Assembly: GCA_017499595.2 (NCBI GenBank)
Contig: CM039002.1
Span: 3,100,001 to 3,164,000, forward strand
From: Psilocybe cubensis
Lineage: Eukaryota
DNA length: 64,000 bases
Direction: 5' to 3'
A program made the position numbers and the translations under genes. The notes below the pieces were generated by a model, which was not told the origin of the DNA, searched no databases, and saw only the letters and a program-made list of their open reading frames with translations. Positions 1 to 14,414 of this stretch are shown here, one piece after another (position 1 is the stretch's first letter; each line of letters opens with the position of its first letter).

Positions 1-3000
1 CACGATCATTTCGGAATGTTTTCAAACTGTGGCAGACATGAACGACGTATTTTCCAGCTATTTCACCGTGTTTTATTTTGGTTGCGGTTTTATGCTGCGT
101 GGCGGTCTACTTATCTCGTAAGGCACGATATCTGTTGTGAACCAGGATGACTGCGGTTCGTGAGGGCCGCATCAGTTCGTCTGGTTTTCACCCTGGATCC
201 TGATCCTCCTACGTTTTGCCGCTTCTCTCATTATGGCTGAGCCAAAAATCCGAGGCCTGGATGGGATGACAATGAGGCCGCCCGGACTGACTGTCGACAT
301 CATAGCTTTCTTTCCTTCTCAATTGAACAGTGTGCTTATTTTTAAAAATATCTCTCCTCTAGTTTGCAACCTTCCAATTCCTCCGGCTATAGGACAACTA
401 ACAATGATCTACAGCTATTCGCTTGTGCGTCTGGATAAACGGTTTAGAGGTGCCTTGCTCCAAGAGGGGGGCATTTCCGGACCTTTACGCACCTGCTCTC
501 ATGTGGTCGTCTGGAAATTTTTCCAGTAAGTCTATACATTTGGTGTTGACTTGATCTGTGCATCCGAGGTCGGATCACTGGTAACTCGACAAAAACTCGA
601 CACAACGCTATTTTCCATTCAATCGCCATGCAGTCGGGAACACCAGCACTCAGCACAAGAACTGAGTAATAGTTCATCACAGCTCAGCATCCATTCAATG
701 AAAAGAACGCGGTCGGGTCTTTCCACAGCCTATTAACAGACCAAACAGTATATCACTCTCGTTCTCTGCACCCGGTGTGTATGTTTTCAATCAAAAGTGT
801 CCTCTTTTTCACCGAGATTCTTATCTTTCCACTATGTCAAAAACACAGAACTCTACATACGCATCATATCATATCACTCCTCTGCGCGGTTATTCTTCTA
901 CACCATCATCACTCTTGCAACATGTACGTACAATATTGGACAGTCTCCTTCTAACTCGGGTTACCTTGTTGTGCGTTGTTCCATGGAGCGCTGTTGGGGC
1001 CCTTTTTGTTTATTCGGCTTTCAAAGCGGGTCAACGTCCCCTGGGGGTGGACAGTCGACAGGAGACTGTGCGAACAGGGATCTCCTCGGCTATACATACG
1101 CACGTCCACGCAATGATTGCATACTGCCAAACCGACGCCTTCAGAAGCACCGCAGATTATCGAGACAGTCCCGGGCTCGGAAAACCTTGATCAGCAGAGG
1201 TACGGGCTCAGTGTGCCCCAGTTCCAGCGTCTGTATTACTGACGCACCATTTACACTGCCAAATGGGACACGCCTAATTGCGCATCCGCGAACTGGACTT
1301 GCTATCATCCACATATGTACATGCAGACTTTGCGACCTGACGGAACACGTATCGCTAACAGATATTATCCCCTTCGAGCGAGCTCCAAGCACTTCGTTAT
1401 CCTAATGTGCCCATCTACTAACTCAGTGCGGCTCACGAGACGCGCTGTGCCTCGATTTTTTGGCGCACGAATAGAATACCCCGAACTCGGCCAGGCTGCG
1501 TATACATGTGCTCGTAAACTATAATTTGTTGTTCCTCATTCTCCCCCAGTGGGGCATTTGTTTTTGATCATCAAGTCCGATGCTACGTAGTGCGCAAAAC
1601 TCAAACTTTTGGCGTATATAGACTGCGTCGACGAGCCAGCAGACATTTCCAGGAATGGAACATAGAAGGAACATGGACGCGAATCACAATCAACGTGTCA
1701 ACAGTCAATACCGGCAGTGCTATTTCTCGTCTCGCTAATGAGAAAATGAAAACAAACTTTCGAAAAGGTCGGATTTAAGCACGCGCAGGCTCTCACATTC
1801 GAAATATGGCCGGAGCTCGCAACTCTATGTAAGTACCGAGTCCTCTCGGTGTGTATAAGCCTTCTTTTCGTATATACTCCATACAGGCTTCTGAATGGTC
1901 TCGAGGTTCGAGGGATTATACATTTAAAGTGGGCGACTTCTCACTGCGCATTTATTTCTAAACATGGTGTGCTCCATGATTAATCCGATAATAGTCAAGC
2001 TTCTTTTGTCTGCTTGCCGCCACAGTCCACCTACTCTGTGTGAGCTGTTCATGCCCGCGAGGGGATTTTGACCCCTTGAGCTGCCGACGGCGGAGGGAAT
2101 GTCGTCAGGGAATACCCTACGTATCAGCTTTCTAGGTATGTTTAAATTGCTATGAACTAAATAACACAGGAACCCTTTCCCGACGGCGGGGACTCAAAAT
2201 ATTACCCTGGACGTATACGTACAGCGACACATCTCACCACGAAATTCTCTCGCAGACGTACACACCCGAGTAATCAACATTGCTCAGGAAGTAACTTACG
2301 TTTAGACACACGACACTACTTATGATCAAAGTTAGGGCCTAAGCAACGTCACAGGCCCATAATGGTTGGGATCTCCCGAGGGACTGAAGTCTGACAGCCT
2401 GGAAATCTTTAATTACAGCTTGTTTGAGTCTAGACTCTCGATATATGATTTCAAGCACCCTTGAGTACACACTGGACGAATGTGGTAATCTGGAAGCTCA
2501 TCTAATGTGTTGGACCATACATGATAGAAGGCAATACGAAAACCCCCAAATAACGCCCATTCAGTCAGCCACTGTTTCTGGAAAACTTGAAGGACTTGTA
2601 CTGTATTGTAAGTGCTGATGTATGGAGGTTGCCAACCTTATCTATCTAAAATTAGAGGAAAAGGGATCAAGCCAGGTTCGGCTAACAGGGCAGCACTTTA
2701 AACATGAAAGAACAATCCCTGAAAATTTCCATGAAATGACGATATCTATGCGAGCGGATTCGGAGATTGAAAGGGTCCTGGAAGAGTAATCCCCAAGCAA
2801 GCTTTCAAGCAAAATTTTGAAACCCCACTATAGACGCAGCCGGAGACATGTGCCCACTGCTCATGTCCAGGATCTACATTTCCTCTCCAGAGTCAAGAGG
2901 AGCACTGCGGCTGCGTATCGAGAGCCAGACCTTCGCGTTTTGATCCCGTATGTGTGTGAAATTTGTGGGCCAATACTAATAATACTTCAACAACAGGCAT

Positions 3001-3993
3001 CATCATTAGTTTAATCAAAGTTGGTTTTGCTCCTGTATCATCATAGTCAACTTCACATGAACTTAAAACTACGCGCACGGCACGACGTAGTGAAGAAAAA
3101 AACCTTTTCCGAAACAATCGAGACTTCAACATATCATATTACAATATTGACCGCGGGTATAGGGGCGACATAGAATATTCAGTAACCTGAATGGCTAGAC
3201 TTCCGTATTTCATATCTCTGTTCCTACAAATTATCGACGCTTAGAAGCGAATTCCGAATTTTGTCATCAAGTGATCAAGGGATAACTTGAGCTTAACAGC
3301 CGTCGGCAACACACGCTCGACACTTAGCATCTAGGCATGGCAAGCTCGGTTCTGGCTCGCTTGGGAGCGTATATTTACTCTTGATGATGAGTATTTAAAA
3401 AAGGCATCTGAGTAAGTATGCAAGCGACTCGATAACCAGGATGAGAATATCACAAATAACGATGATCGTTACCGAGTTACAACCATACAAATCGCCCAGT
3501 GGCGACGGGTCACGCGCTTATTTTAAAGTTCTTCAGTGGATGGAAAAATTGAGGCGTTGCGGCGTGTTGCCGACTTCATAGGTCCATGGGAGGATATCAG
3601 AAGCGCACTCAATGTCGACGGTTGACAGCGCGTGAGTCCAGCATCCGCAACTTTGCAGAGCGGTAGATGGATTGAAGACGTCCCGGTTGCAACTACATAT
3701 GTGGAGATTTTGAACATTTATCACGGAGCATAAGGAGTTATATACTCTCCGATTGGGCGTTAGCGGATAATGTCGAGTGTAGCATGAGAGTAGACGTCCT
3801 GTCGAGGCACTGGTACCAATGTAATTGACCGTGTTAAATACCCATAAGGATACCAAGTTTACCAACATGGATTTAGTACTGCTTTAGAGGCTTAGAGTGT
3901 TTGAATGCAGGGAGCCCAAGGGGCTAGATGTTTTTATTGGGATAGATATTTAAATGAACGTGTCGTATACTCAGATGCCAATACTTACCATAA

Positions 3994-5452
3994 CTACTGT
4001 GGTATCCGTGGTCCAGATTGGTGTGAACCAGCCTCGGATCCACGCGATTGGCGGTTAGAAGGGATTGCAGTTTTCGGCATATTATGTTGTGAAAGAGATG
4101 GAGGAAGCATAGTTTGGCCGGGGATGTGATGTTGAAGTCCGACTGTGTTATTCGCAGACGCCCAAGGTGCCGGTGTTGAAACCGATGGGTGTGATCTAAT
4201 TGTGTGCTGAGAGGTTACGGCCGATTGAACTGGGATTGAATTTGCTTTGTTTTCCGGATTTTCCCACTCCAAGAGGCCACCTAAGGGAATATGTTGCACG
4301 ACGACACGCTTCCCAAGCACTTCAGCCTAAAAGTGTCACATTCACGTTAACTATTTGAAAAGTTGTTGTGGACTTAAACCGAAGATGATACCTACCTCAA
4401 ACATTTTGAACAAACCTGTATTGACTTTTCCCCAGTTGGGCACTCCAGCCGCAATGGAATGTAACTGAGAGGAGTGTTCGTGGAAAGGCCCGTACTTGAC
4501 ATCGTGAATGCGCATGATTGACATAAAATATAGGTTCGTGGGGGGTAGCGGAGGTTGGAGAACGGCAGACACAGGAATCTCTGTTTGATCTGTCATACGT
4601 CGGGGTGAAATCCACGGTAATTGTGAGTGTCAATAAAACTTGGAAGTACCTCGAAGTTGGCCGCTGCCAAAAATGTATGGAAGAAAGCAATAGTCATCAA
4701 GGCCCCAGACACCGTGACTTCCCGCAGGCTCAAGTTTATAAGTGTCCTGGAGTTTCCAACATAGTTTTAAGTAGCGTAGGAAAACGGACAAGACAAGGTC
4801 GCGTTCTTCTGCAGGCTCTGGCTCGAAGAATCGAACTAGAGTCAAACATAACAGAAAGAGGGCGAATGAGGTTTCGTGACCACTACCATAGTCCATTCGA
4901 GTGAATGAACCGAACGATATAAGAAGATAAGGTTTGACATAAGGTAGCACTGCCAAGAAGTCGGGAGCCAGTAATTTCTGAAGCACATTATCGCATCGCT
5001 GACAAAATGCATCATTAACTTTATGACCATGGAACATAAGTCGTGTATAGCAGACCTCCTCTAGTCGTTGACCCCAAGTTCTGAAGGCAATATTTCCAAA
5101 TCGTTGCGGTGTTTGGAGGGCAGGAATGTCGTCTACCCAGTGGGCTAGTTCATCAAGCAGTTCCAAAATTTTTGTTATCGACTACGTGATGGTTCAAGAT
5201 TCAACGACCGATGGACATTGTATCCGATCGCATATAGCTCACTGTGCTCCGGTTAACTGGTTCCCAGGGAAGAGTATAGCCAACAACGGATTCGTTCAAT
5301 CGTCGCAAGAAAATACCATAATCAAGATATGATTGGGTCGTTTTCCAATATTCAACGTCGTCATCTGTCCGAATCTTCAAACTAGGAGTCGATTGGAGAC
5401 CAGCCACTTCATCGAGTGGTATTTTTCTAAGATCCAAGAGGACTGATTTCAT
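3994..5452 (-). CDS. RRD1: Serine/threonine protein phosphatase 2A activator (PTPA, RRD1/RRD2 family), multi-exon
   Basis: PTPA motifs QRFGNIAFRTW, SFGSFTRMDYGSGHE, YKLEPAGSHGVWGLDDY, GPFHEHS and AEVLGKRVVVQH across GT-AG-spliced exons. ATG at 5452 (start tentative), TAG at 3994. RRD1 versus RRD2 is tentative. Confidence 0.9.
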
Positions 5453-5735
5453 ATGCAGCTCTTGGTATGGGCAAAGCGGTGAGGCACCTTGTAAAATTGG
5501 TTTCGAGGTGGTGGTTCGAGTAAAGCTCTGATTATCCAAGGGCCATCTGAGTCAGTGTCACAGTTTAGACGTTCACGTGATAGTCACAGACGCGTCCGGT
5601 CACGGTGACTCAAGCGAATGGGGCGGTTCAATTTGTGGGCTTCCTGAACTTGCTCTTGTTTTCTTACTCAGTCTTCATTGTTATCCCTATTTTCCTATAA
5701 CTGAAGGAACTTTAAAATCTGGAGCAAACGAAGAT
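5453..5735. promoter_or_regulatory. Short bidirectional promoter region between the PTPA and KU70 genes
   Basis: Only ~283 bp separate the divergent ATGs. Contains CACGTG (5573-5578) and ACGCGT (5590-5595). Confidence 0.55.
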
Positions 5736-8700
5736 ATGGCACCCTATGATGACTGGAATACTTTAGAGGAAGAGGATGAGGATGAGCTCCAAGACCCATC
5801 GGTGAGTATCTTGCAAACGCACGAATGAAGGCCGGGTTGAGCTACAGCGAACCATCCATTGCAATAGATGTTCGAAACTAAAAGAGATGTCATTCTTTTT
5901 TGCATCGATTGCTCCGAGTCTATGTTGGAACCGTATGACGACCACAAATATGAAGATACTGTCAAAACCTGTCACCTTTACACGGCACTCGAAGCAGCGA
6001 TGCAAATTCAAAAGAAGAAGATCATCATAGGACCCAATGACTCCGTTGGGATAATGCTTTTCAATACAGTGAGAATAAACTTTCGTGAATAGGACGTCAA
6101 GTAATCTGAGTTGTTCACGAAGACAAGGAAATCAGACGCAAATAAAAATCAAGGTTCAGAAATCAAGAAGGGTACATATTTGCTACAACCGATATCCCCT
6201 CTAAGTGCACCAAAAGTGCAAGAACTCATGAAGCTACTGAATGGTTTGTCTCAACCTTGATAAACCCAACTCTGGATCGCTTAAACTTTTATGTCAAAGC
6301 CGCGCGAGAAGATCTAGATGAGTTGAGAAAGGAATTCCCGCCTCTAACTACAGGCCGAGTTCCGATGGGCGACGTTTTTACCAGCTGTAACTGGGTGATA
6401 CGGGATGGGTGTGGACAATAAACCGTCTTTCATTAATCGTTTTACTGAAAGATCACTCAGTGCACCAAAGACCGCTTCAAAGCGCGTCTTTCTAATCACG
6501 GACGAAGATGATCCACATCCCAGCGTCGGGAACAAACAACTAGCCATCTCAGCGCGCACTACCCTGGTTGTGAGCTTCTTATTTTCAACTTTGGGTGGTA
6601 AAGCAATTCAATTCTATCACAGGACCTCACACAAGCCGGTGTCACGGTAGAACCTTTTTTCATCGACACAGGGGAGAAAGGGTTTAACCCATCGAAGTTC
6701 TACTCTGTCTGTTTTGCCTTCTATCTTGACCGTCTTGGGTCCCACTGACACGTTCCAAAAGTCCGTCTTGCTCCCCACAGATCTTGAAGATGATGAAGGA
6801 CTCCAGAAGGACGATTCACTTCTCCCAGACTCGATATCTATATCTCGGATTGAAGATCTCCTGTCGCAGATGCGCCTCCATGAAGTCCCTAAGCGAGCAC
6901 AATTTAGTATCCCATTCCATTTGGCAAAGGGATTTACAATAGGAATCAAAGGGTATAATTTCTATATAATATCTTTCCCTGAGTATGCACTGATCCTCTG
7001 AAGATATGGTCTGGTGACAGAACAAAAGAAAGGATCATATAAGTATTTCGCTGACGTCGACAATGAACTTAAACCCGCGATATCTCGCACAATCTACACC
7101 GCTGAGGTTCGAACCAGTTTGTCTAAAATTTGAGCACATAAAAATAAATTTGAATGTAGGGAAGCCAGGAAGAAGTTGATAAGGCAAGGATCATGTACGG
7201 AGCCGACGTGGGCACGGGGACAGCGATTGCTGAAGGCGGAGCCGCAAACGACGACGACGAAGATAACGACGAAGACATTGCCGGCGGATTTGGTGCACGC
7301 GTTGTCAAGGCTGGGCAACGTGTGCGTTGACTTTTACCATAATTAGTGATTTAGCACTCACCTGCTTTTCAGCCTGTCTATACGGCAGAAGAAATCCGTG
7401 CCTTCCGTACTTTGGGACTTGAACCCGGTGTGTCTAAATTCACTGATATCATGTTTTATTCTAATAGCAGTTGTAGGGATAAAGCTTCTTGGATTCAAAG
7501 ACCGTGCCGAGTTGCACCTTGAGGACAATGTCAAACATTCTCAATTTATTTATCCCGACGAAATGGTACGCCAAACAAATGTTTATTCTGCCTCAATTTT
7601 TACATTGTTTTATGTCTTATTATCTATCAGTCGTATTCGGGTAGCAAACGAACCTTTAGCGCGTTGCTCAAATCTATGATCAAGAAGGACAAAATTGCCC
7701 TGGCCCTCTGCCTTACTAGACGGAATGCATCCCCTATCTTTTGCGCATTATTGCCACAGGTGCGGTTACATCAATATATTACAGTGTGGTATGCCATATT
7801 TATGTCATATCTAGGAAGAGAAAGGGGACACATTTGACTTGGACGACCCAGCTGGATTCCACCTTATTCAACTCCCGTTTGCCGACGATATTCGAGCGGC
7901 GACTGTAGAACATGGAACGCGGGGTAAGATCTATTTTTAGACGATTAAACTTAGTAACTTGTCATTGACCGTGTGCTCAATTGAAACAGCGTCAGAGGAG
8001 ATGAAGAATTCCGCTCTAGCATGGATAGATAAACTTACAATGAAAAAGGGCACCTATGACCCCGACTCGTTCCCCAACCCTGGTAAATACTCCACTTATT
8101 TCATATTTGATGACACCTTCGCGGTTGGATTGAACCCCTTTTTACAAAGCGCTTGCGTATCATAATGAGCAACTTCAAGCAACTGCCTTCGAAGAAGATT
8201 ATGATCCAGATTCATTCGAGGACTTAACAGTACCAAAATTTGAGGCGATGCACAAGGTCCGTAATAAAATATATCTGCACTTTACACTCCCTTTTGGTCT
8301 GATAATCAAATCCCGTGCTCTTCGTCTATATCAGCGCGCCGGTAAGCTGATGAAAAATTGGAAACTCACTTTAGCGCAAGATCCTTCCACTGAGGTGGTC
8401 ATCGCCGCTACGGGGTCGAAACGCAAGGCGGTTAGTGAACACATACATTTCTTTACATTGAGCTTAACATATATGGTTCATGAAGACAAACCAGGATGTT
8501 GCTGTCAGTGAAGAAGAGCTCAGGAGCTTGTATGATAACGGCTACCTTGCCAAGGTATCTAATAATTTCAGTTTTGATTGAATTGAGCAATAACACGTTG
8601 CCTTGATAGTTACGCGTGGATCAATTGAAGGTACGAATAGTCTCCAATCAGAAAGCGGGTCTTTTGGCTGATATCACGCTATTGACGAAAACAGGACTTT

Positions 8701-8781
8701 TTGAAGTCAAAGGGACTGTCTGCATCAGGCAGGAAAGCCGACCTGACTGACCGGGTAGCGGAGTGGTTTGGTTCTCATTGA
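5736..8781 (+). CDS. KU70: ATP-dependent DNA helicase II 70 kDa subunit (Ku70), with C-terminal SAP domain
   Basis: vWA start RDVILFCIDCSESM, GPNDSVGIMLFNT, KRVFLITDEDDPH, GIKLLGFK, FIYPDE, LPFADDIR, YDPDSFPNPALAYH. SAP-like tail LRVDQLKDFLKSKGLSASGRKADL includes a 21-nt exon at 8610-8630. ATG 5736, TGA 8779-8781. Confidence 0.96.
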
Positions 8782-11700
8782 TTCGACTTTCCTCCGTTAG
8801 CTTTTGCGCCGAAAAGCGGTTTTGATGTGCTCTCCTTTGCGCTGGCTCATGTTATTTTCAATTCAAAGTTGTGGCGTCGGGAAATATGAGTGTATGACGA
8901 ACGTATGGATTGGGGTTTGCTTTCGTTATAGGATGAGTGTTGTAAGTGTGTTGCAAGTACCCTAACGAGATTGACATAATAGAGGATCTTTTACTTTGCC
9001 TATGCCCTTTGTTCCCCCGCCGCAGTGTTTAAAAAGCTGCTTCAAATGAAACTATAAGGAGCCTTATGTGCAGTCATGGGTGAATATTTCTACAATGCAA
9101 TTGATAATCTTGACCAGGTACAATGTACTCCGATTCCAGTGGCATTGCAGCGGCAACTCACGAGACCACCACGCCGGAGCGTTGGTACCAGGGCTATGCG
9201 CAGCATCGGATGGTGCAGTGGCGATATTAGTGCGAGTGGACAACCTTTACAGTCCAACCCAGTCTAACTAGAGGGTCGAATGCGAGGTCATATTTTCATG
9301 TGAATGGCCTACCAAAGCGGCGTTATGCATAATTCCGAGTGAGGAAGACAGAAGCTGAAGAATGGAGCTTTGAACTCAGTATTTTTGTCCATGGTCTGTA
9401 TGGGAGTGCAGGCCGCCGTGCGTCTATAGCGTTTCATGGTGATCTCATTTTCAGACTCGGCGCTGATTTTATGCTCACCTGTCCCACCTGGACCTGAGAA
9501 TGTATTGACAATTTGTAGGTCTGTAAATCTTTCTTCCGCCAGTCCAGAGTGATTGGAACAGAGAACATCAAATATAATCAAGCAAGGCAGTTAATGCACT
9601 TCCTTGTTAGCATGTCATAGTAATCTTGGGGTATTTCTGACGCGGTGTGTCGGAGAAACGGATTGTTGTCGGATACCTTGCCGGGCGCCTTTGGTCGCCG
9701 TGACTCTATGAAAGAGGAAATCTAAGAAGTCAGCATGGAAAGTCAGGGGATGCGGGTTTTGACACTGGGAAAACAGAAGTGAGCTCCTATGGTCTAGACC
9801 TTGTGAACCAATGCATTCGGTGCCGTATAGGCTAATCGTATATCGAATACCCGGCATTAGTGGTCAAGTCAATAAATTAGAGACTTTATGAAGAGGTTTG
9901 AACAGACCCAAGATCGCCTCTTCAATATAAGTCCTTTCGGCGATATGTAGATCCACTGCGATGAGTCACAGCGAGCTGTTGTAAATACATGAAGTGAACC
10001 AGTCACACAGTATTGAGCCGCCACACAACGCTACCTTGAGTGATTTGTTGAAGAGAGCGTTAACGACGTTTCACGACAAATCCATCATCGACAACAATCA
10101 TCGGCATAGAATATTCCTCTGCTTCTACGAAGATCAAAATTAATTAATCAGATGCCTTTTTAGGAAATCCCTTGGCAATTTTAGGGTTCCCTCCCGCCAT
10201 TGGCCCTCACAATTAAATTAGCCCTACTCAAGGGAAAGGAACAAAGAAATTCATTAACTATCCGATTTAGCTCTCGACATGTGTGTACTTTGCAGACAGT
10301 AATTTTAGAGCATATAGAGGCGGCCTAAAAAGGTGTATTGTTCAGCAAAATTCAGGAAAATATGGATTGACCCCAGGACGAAAGTATTTGGTCATAAATG
10401 AATCACCAATACATCTCAGGGCTATAGGGCATTCCGGCATGACAGGCACTGGACAACTGAGTTCTAAAACTACGATATAGTCGGGGAGGTGCCATATGTA
10501 CTTGCTCATTAACGCTGCCCCATACTCAGGTCAAGGGTGTCAAACCACAACGGAGATTGCCTTGTAATTGAAGCATGGCGACCGGTTAGGCGCGTCTCCA
10601 TTGATCCCTTGAAGCAAAATTAACGCGCATGAGACAATGCGTGAAGGCAGTTGGGAACATTGATGTTGTTCATAATGATATTGTCACGGTTGCATTCGTC
10701 GTAAGGGACAACGAGGGCGCTGTTGCTCACGGTTTCAAAGGACAAGCATTAGAGGGCTTGAATGCTTGAAAATCAGAAGAAGGCTATCACACGAAGTCAA
10801 TAGCTGCTCCGTTTCGCCCACGGTTTTTTCTATAATTCTGTAAATGCACTAGCCGCGACCAAGGTACTTACATAAATCCGTGTGTTGCCATTAATTAAAT
10901 CATGGAGTAATGGTCCTGGATAAATGGTGAGATTACGTGACTCAGCAAACACTTTTTCTATGCTGATTTGTTCCAGTATGAATTTGTGAGCGGGATATAA
11001 AGGGATATATTAATTCGCAGAAGTTCTTGGGAGTCTGCGAAAGTTGCGACAAGTTCTGTCAGGCGTTTGACCCTAGGGAGCCGGTGGAGGTAAAGAGGGG
11101 ATACACACAGATTGTGAAGCCAAATGGAATGTCTACACACGGTCCTATCGTTGTGAGTGTTGAGCACTTCAATGATGAATTGTTTATGTGGACATTGTTC
11201 GTCATTTTACCAGAGTCTGAAGGGATGAGATAGCGGAGAAGCGCAAGTGCGTTGAGTCTTATTCCCAGAAAATGCAAGATTTGACGGTAGCTCGCATAAT
11301 GGTGCAGAATTCTGCCCGAGGGTTGAACAGATCGTGAGTATCGAGTTTGAGAGCGAAAAGAAATATACCTATCAGATACCCAAGAACCAGTCACACAAAT
11401 AGTAAGTTGAGCATAATTTAATAGAGCACCGATGTATTCAACTTTCGATATTTTGTTACCTTATGTTCAGGCGTGGATATAGTCCTTTCAATGACTGGGG
11501 AAGATAACAATGGATTTTAAGCAGAAGCGGAACTGCAGAAGCCAGAAGAGTATGTTGGTCAACATGAACATCCGTGGTGAGTGCTTTATTGGATGCTGGG
11601 CCGTATGATTTTACTGAAATAGTAGAAAGTCGCAGACATACAAAGGTTCAAGCCTCGTAACTGAAATTCGGAACACCGTGATGGTGGTTGGAAACAAAAA

Positions 11701-11882
11701 ATTGTGCGCACGTCAGGGATCGAACTGAGGAGTTTGCCACAGGCGACCATGTCGGCAAGATCCGAATAGCGTCATCTTATCCGATAACGACAAATGGATT
11801 ACAAAGGCAGCTCGGCGACGGAAAGACCAAGTTCTCATCGCTCTCCGACGACGAAGTACACATTTTCTTCTCTTCTTTCACG

Positions 11883-12779
11883 ATGTCAAGCTCAAACCTC
11901 GTTGAAGTTACCTCTGCGTCTCATTTCCAGGAACTTCTTTCAGCGGATCTTAATAGAGTTTCGGTAATCAACTTTTGGGCACCATGGGCTGAACCGTGCA
12001 AACAGATGAACGAGGTTGTGGCTGAACTCTCCAAAAAGTATCCTGTTGTGCTATTCCTTCAGGTGTGTCTGTGAAACTTGAACATACATACGCATTGGAG
12101 CTGACTTATAAACTTAAGGTTGAGGCTGATGGTGAACAGCAGGCTGACATAGCCGAATCTTTTGAAGTTGAAGCAGTACCGTCATTGATCATCCTTCGGG
12201 TATGCACAACTTTCCATTTTCAGTGGTTAGAATTAACATTGTCTTTAGGGACACACTCTACTTGACCGAATCTCTGGGGCAGATGCAGCTGCTCTGACCC
12301 AATCTGTTGCGAAACACGCGAGCACCCCTCAATACAACCCACTGTCTCGGACCGATAATGCACCTGCGAAAGCACCCACAGTGGTCCCTTCTGCCCTAGA
12401 AGATAAAACGGAAACAGAAGAAGAACTCAACACCCGCCTCAAACACCTAATGAACCAAAGCAAGGTGGTTCTGTTTATGAAAGGTACACCAGAGGCTCCA
12501 CGATGCGGATTCTCTCGGAAGATCTCTGCACTGCTTAATGACAACAAGATCGCCTATACACATTTCGATATATTGACAGATGAAAGCGTGCGACAAGGTA
12601 TGCCTACTTAAGTGGTCGTCTCACCTATCTTCGAAATACTAAGGCTTTTCCTAGGCTTGAAGGTTTTGAACAATTGGCCAACTTTCCCTCAGTTGATCGT
12701 GAATGGAGAGCTGGTCGGTGGACTTGATATCGTTCAGGAAATGGTGGAAACCGGGGAGCTTAAGGAAGTAATAGGATAG
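11883..12779 (+). CDS. GRX4: Monothiol glutaredoxin with N-terminal thioredoxin-like domain (Grx3/Grx4, PICOT type)
   Basis: Trx-like [12 protein letters not shown], then Grx domain [33 protein letters not shown] and GELVGGLDI. Three introns. ATG 11883, TAG 12777-12779. Confidence 0.95.
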
Positions 12780-13329
12780 AGCCGCATGCATTCCCTTGAC
12801 TTTCCAGTCGTAGATTTGGTTTTGACTTGTGATTCTGTCTAGTGTTATTCTTCGGTGTCGGCCATTTGCGTTTGCAAATATCTATATATCTGCGCTAATC
12901 TCTACCTGTTGCACATACCTTTTCCATCATATCCACATACATGGCCAGCCGTGATACATCGTTGATCTTTTTTCAACTTGTTTCGTGCTCCGCAAGCTAT
13001 TTGTATCCTAGAGGATACCACCAAAGATGAAAGGTGATTCCAAAGAGATGCTTCAACTGACTCTCCGTTTTCGAACTGCTAGTCACTATTCATTTGGTTG
13101 AACGAACTTGATACACAAACTTACCTCGGAGGTTTTGACGCGGTTCAAAGTTATGGATACACGATCACGTGTAGTCGTGCCTCTGGAATAAAAAATGTTC
13201 GTGGTCCAAGCGTAATACATTTATATCAGAACGTCATCTGCGCTTTTGACCACAAACTAACACTTGCAGCTCACTTTTTGACAAGAACAACCAGAACCTC
13301 TCGCCCTACGATATTTTTGTTCAGGAGTC

Positions 13330-14414
13330 ATGAATCGAAGCAACATGAGTCGAAATGAGATGATGATGAGACGCCTAGGCCAATTAGCGAGGGAACATGC
13401 CACCGACGAGGGAAGGTAGATGCATTCTAAGGGAGCTGTAAGCGTTATGTTTACTGATACTCTGTGAAGGTCGCTAGAAGAATTAAAGAAAACGAAAGAA
13501 ATCTTGAAGGGGGCCGAATCACAACGACTCCGACGCTTTTGCACCTCCGAACGCATGGTACCTGGACGCGACCTCGACGAATTGGGAAAGGCCATACTTA
13601 TGGGCGACTTTGACTATGTCTCACTGGATTTCTCGCGTCGTATCGCAGAGCAAATGATGACACTAGGGAGGGAAAAGGCGTTTTCGGCTGCCGCTGAACA
13701 ATATTATAATTTGCGATGGGGTCCAACGGAAACACCCATTTATAATCTTTTGGGACTAGCCATGCAACTTGTTCCGAGTCAGAAGGAGGCTCATTTCCAG
13801 TTGGCTCGTCTATTTATCAAGGCCAAGGTACCAGTGGACGGAACGGACTTGTCGGGAACCACTGCACTGTCGCACTGCTTCTCAACTAAACCGAGCTTCG
13901 AGCTAGAATATGCCCAGCTATTGTATGATGCCGGAGGAGACGTCAATCACAGGAATAGATACGGCGGCATTGTCGCAGAAGAGATCATTAAAATCTACGA
14001 CCACCATGACCGCGAGGTTGTTCGAAAGGCGACCGCTGCTTTGGAGTGGTTCTTGAACCATGGTGGAAACGTCGACATCGCAGACGGAGATGGATATACT
14101 CCCCGGGACATGTGTAAGCGCTTGGCAGGTCGTGTTCCAGCTCTTCTATCTCTAGTTGAAAAGGAGGACGAAAAGAGGAAGGCGAAGGGAAATTCGTGCT
14201 GTTCTCTGTGCGGCCGTGACGAAGAGAAACTTCTCACCTGTGGTAAATGCAAGAAGGCCAAATATTGTGCTCCTTCATCCCGCGCTTGCCAGAAGTTAGA
14301 CTGGCCGAAACATAAGAAGGAGTGCAAAGCATCAGGTATTGTAATCCTTTGCGACTTTCAGGCTTCTTTTCACATCTAATAATGGGTCGGACTCCTCGGT
14401 TAGGCCTCGCCTAA
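13330..14414 (+). CDS. Ankyrin-repeat-like protein with C-terminal MYND zinc finger
   Basis: Ankyrin-like segments (VDGTDLSGTTALSH, LLYDAGGDVNHRNRYG, FLNHGGNVDIADGDGYTP) and MYND pattern CSLC-CGKCKKAKYC-CQKLDWPKHKKEC. Introns about 13416-13469 and 14336-14403. Confidence 0.85.

Noticed and set aside
777-1405. Overlapping 137-202 aa ORFs
   Set aside because: GTG starts, no recognisable domain or splice structure; probably chance ORFs.
3382-3411. TGATGA...CTGA resembling C/D snoRNA boxes
   Set aside because: Span of about 30 nt is too short and there is no terminal stem or guide sequence.
9000-11570. Scattered short ORFs between KU70 and the glutaredoxin gene
   Set aside because: No coherent spliced model or known motif could be built.
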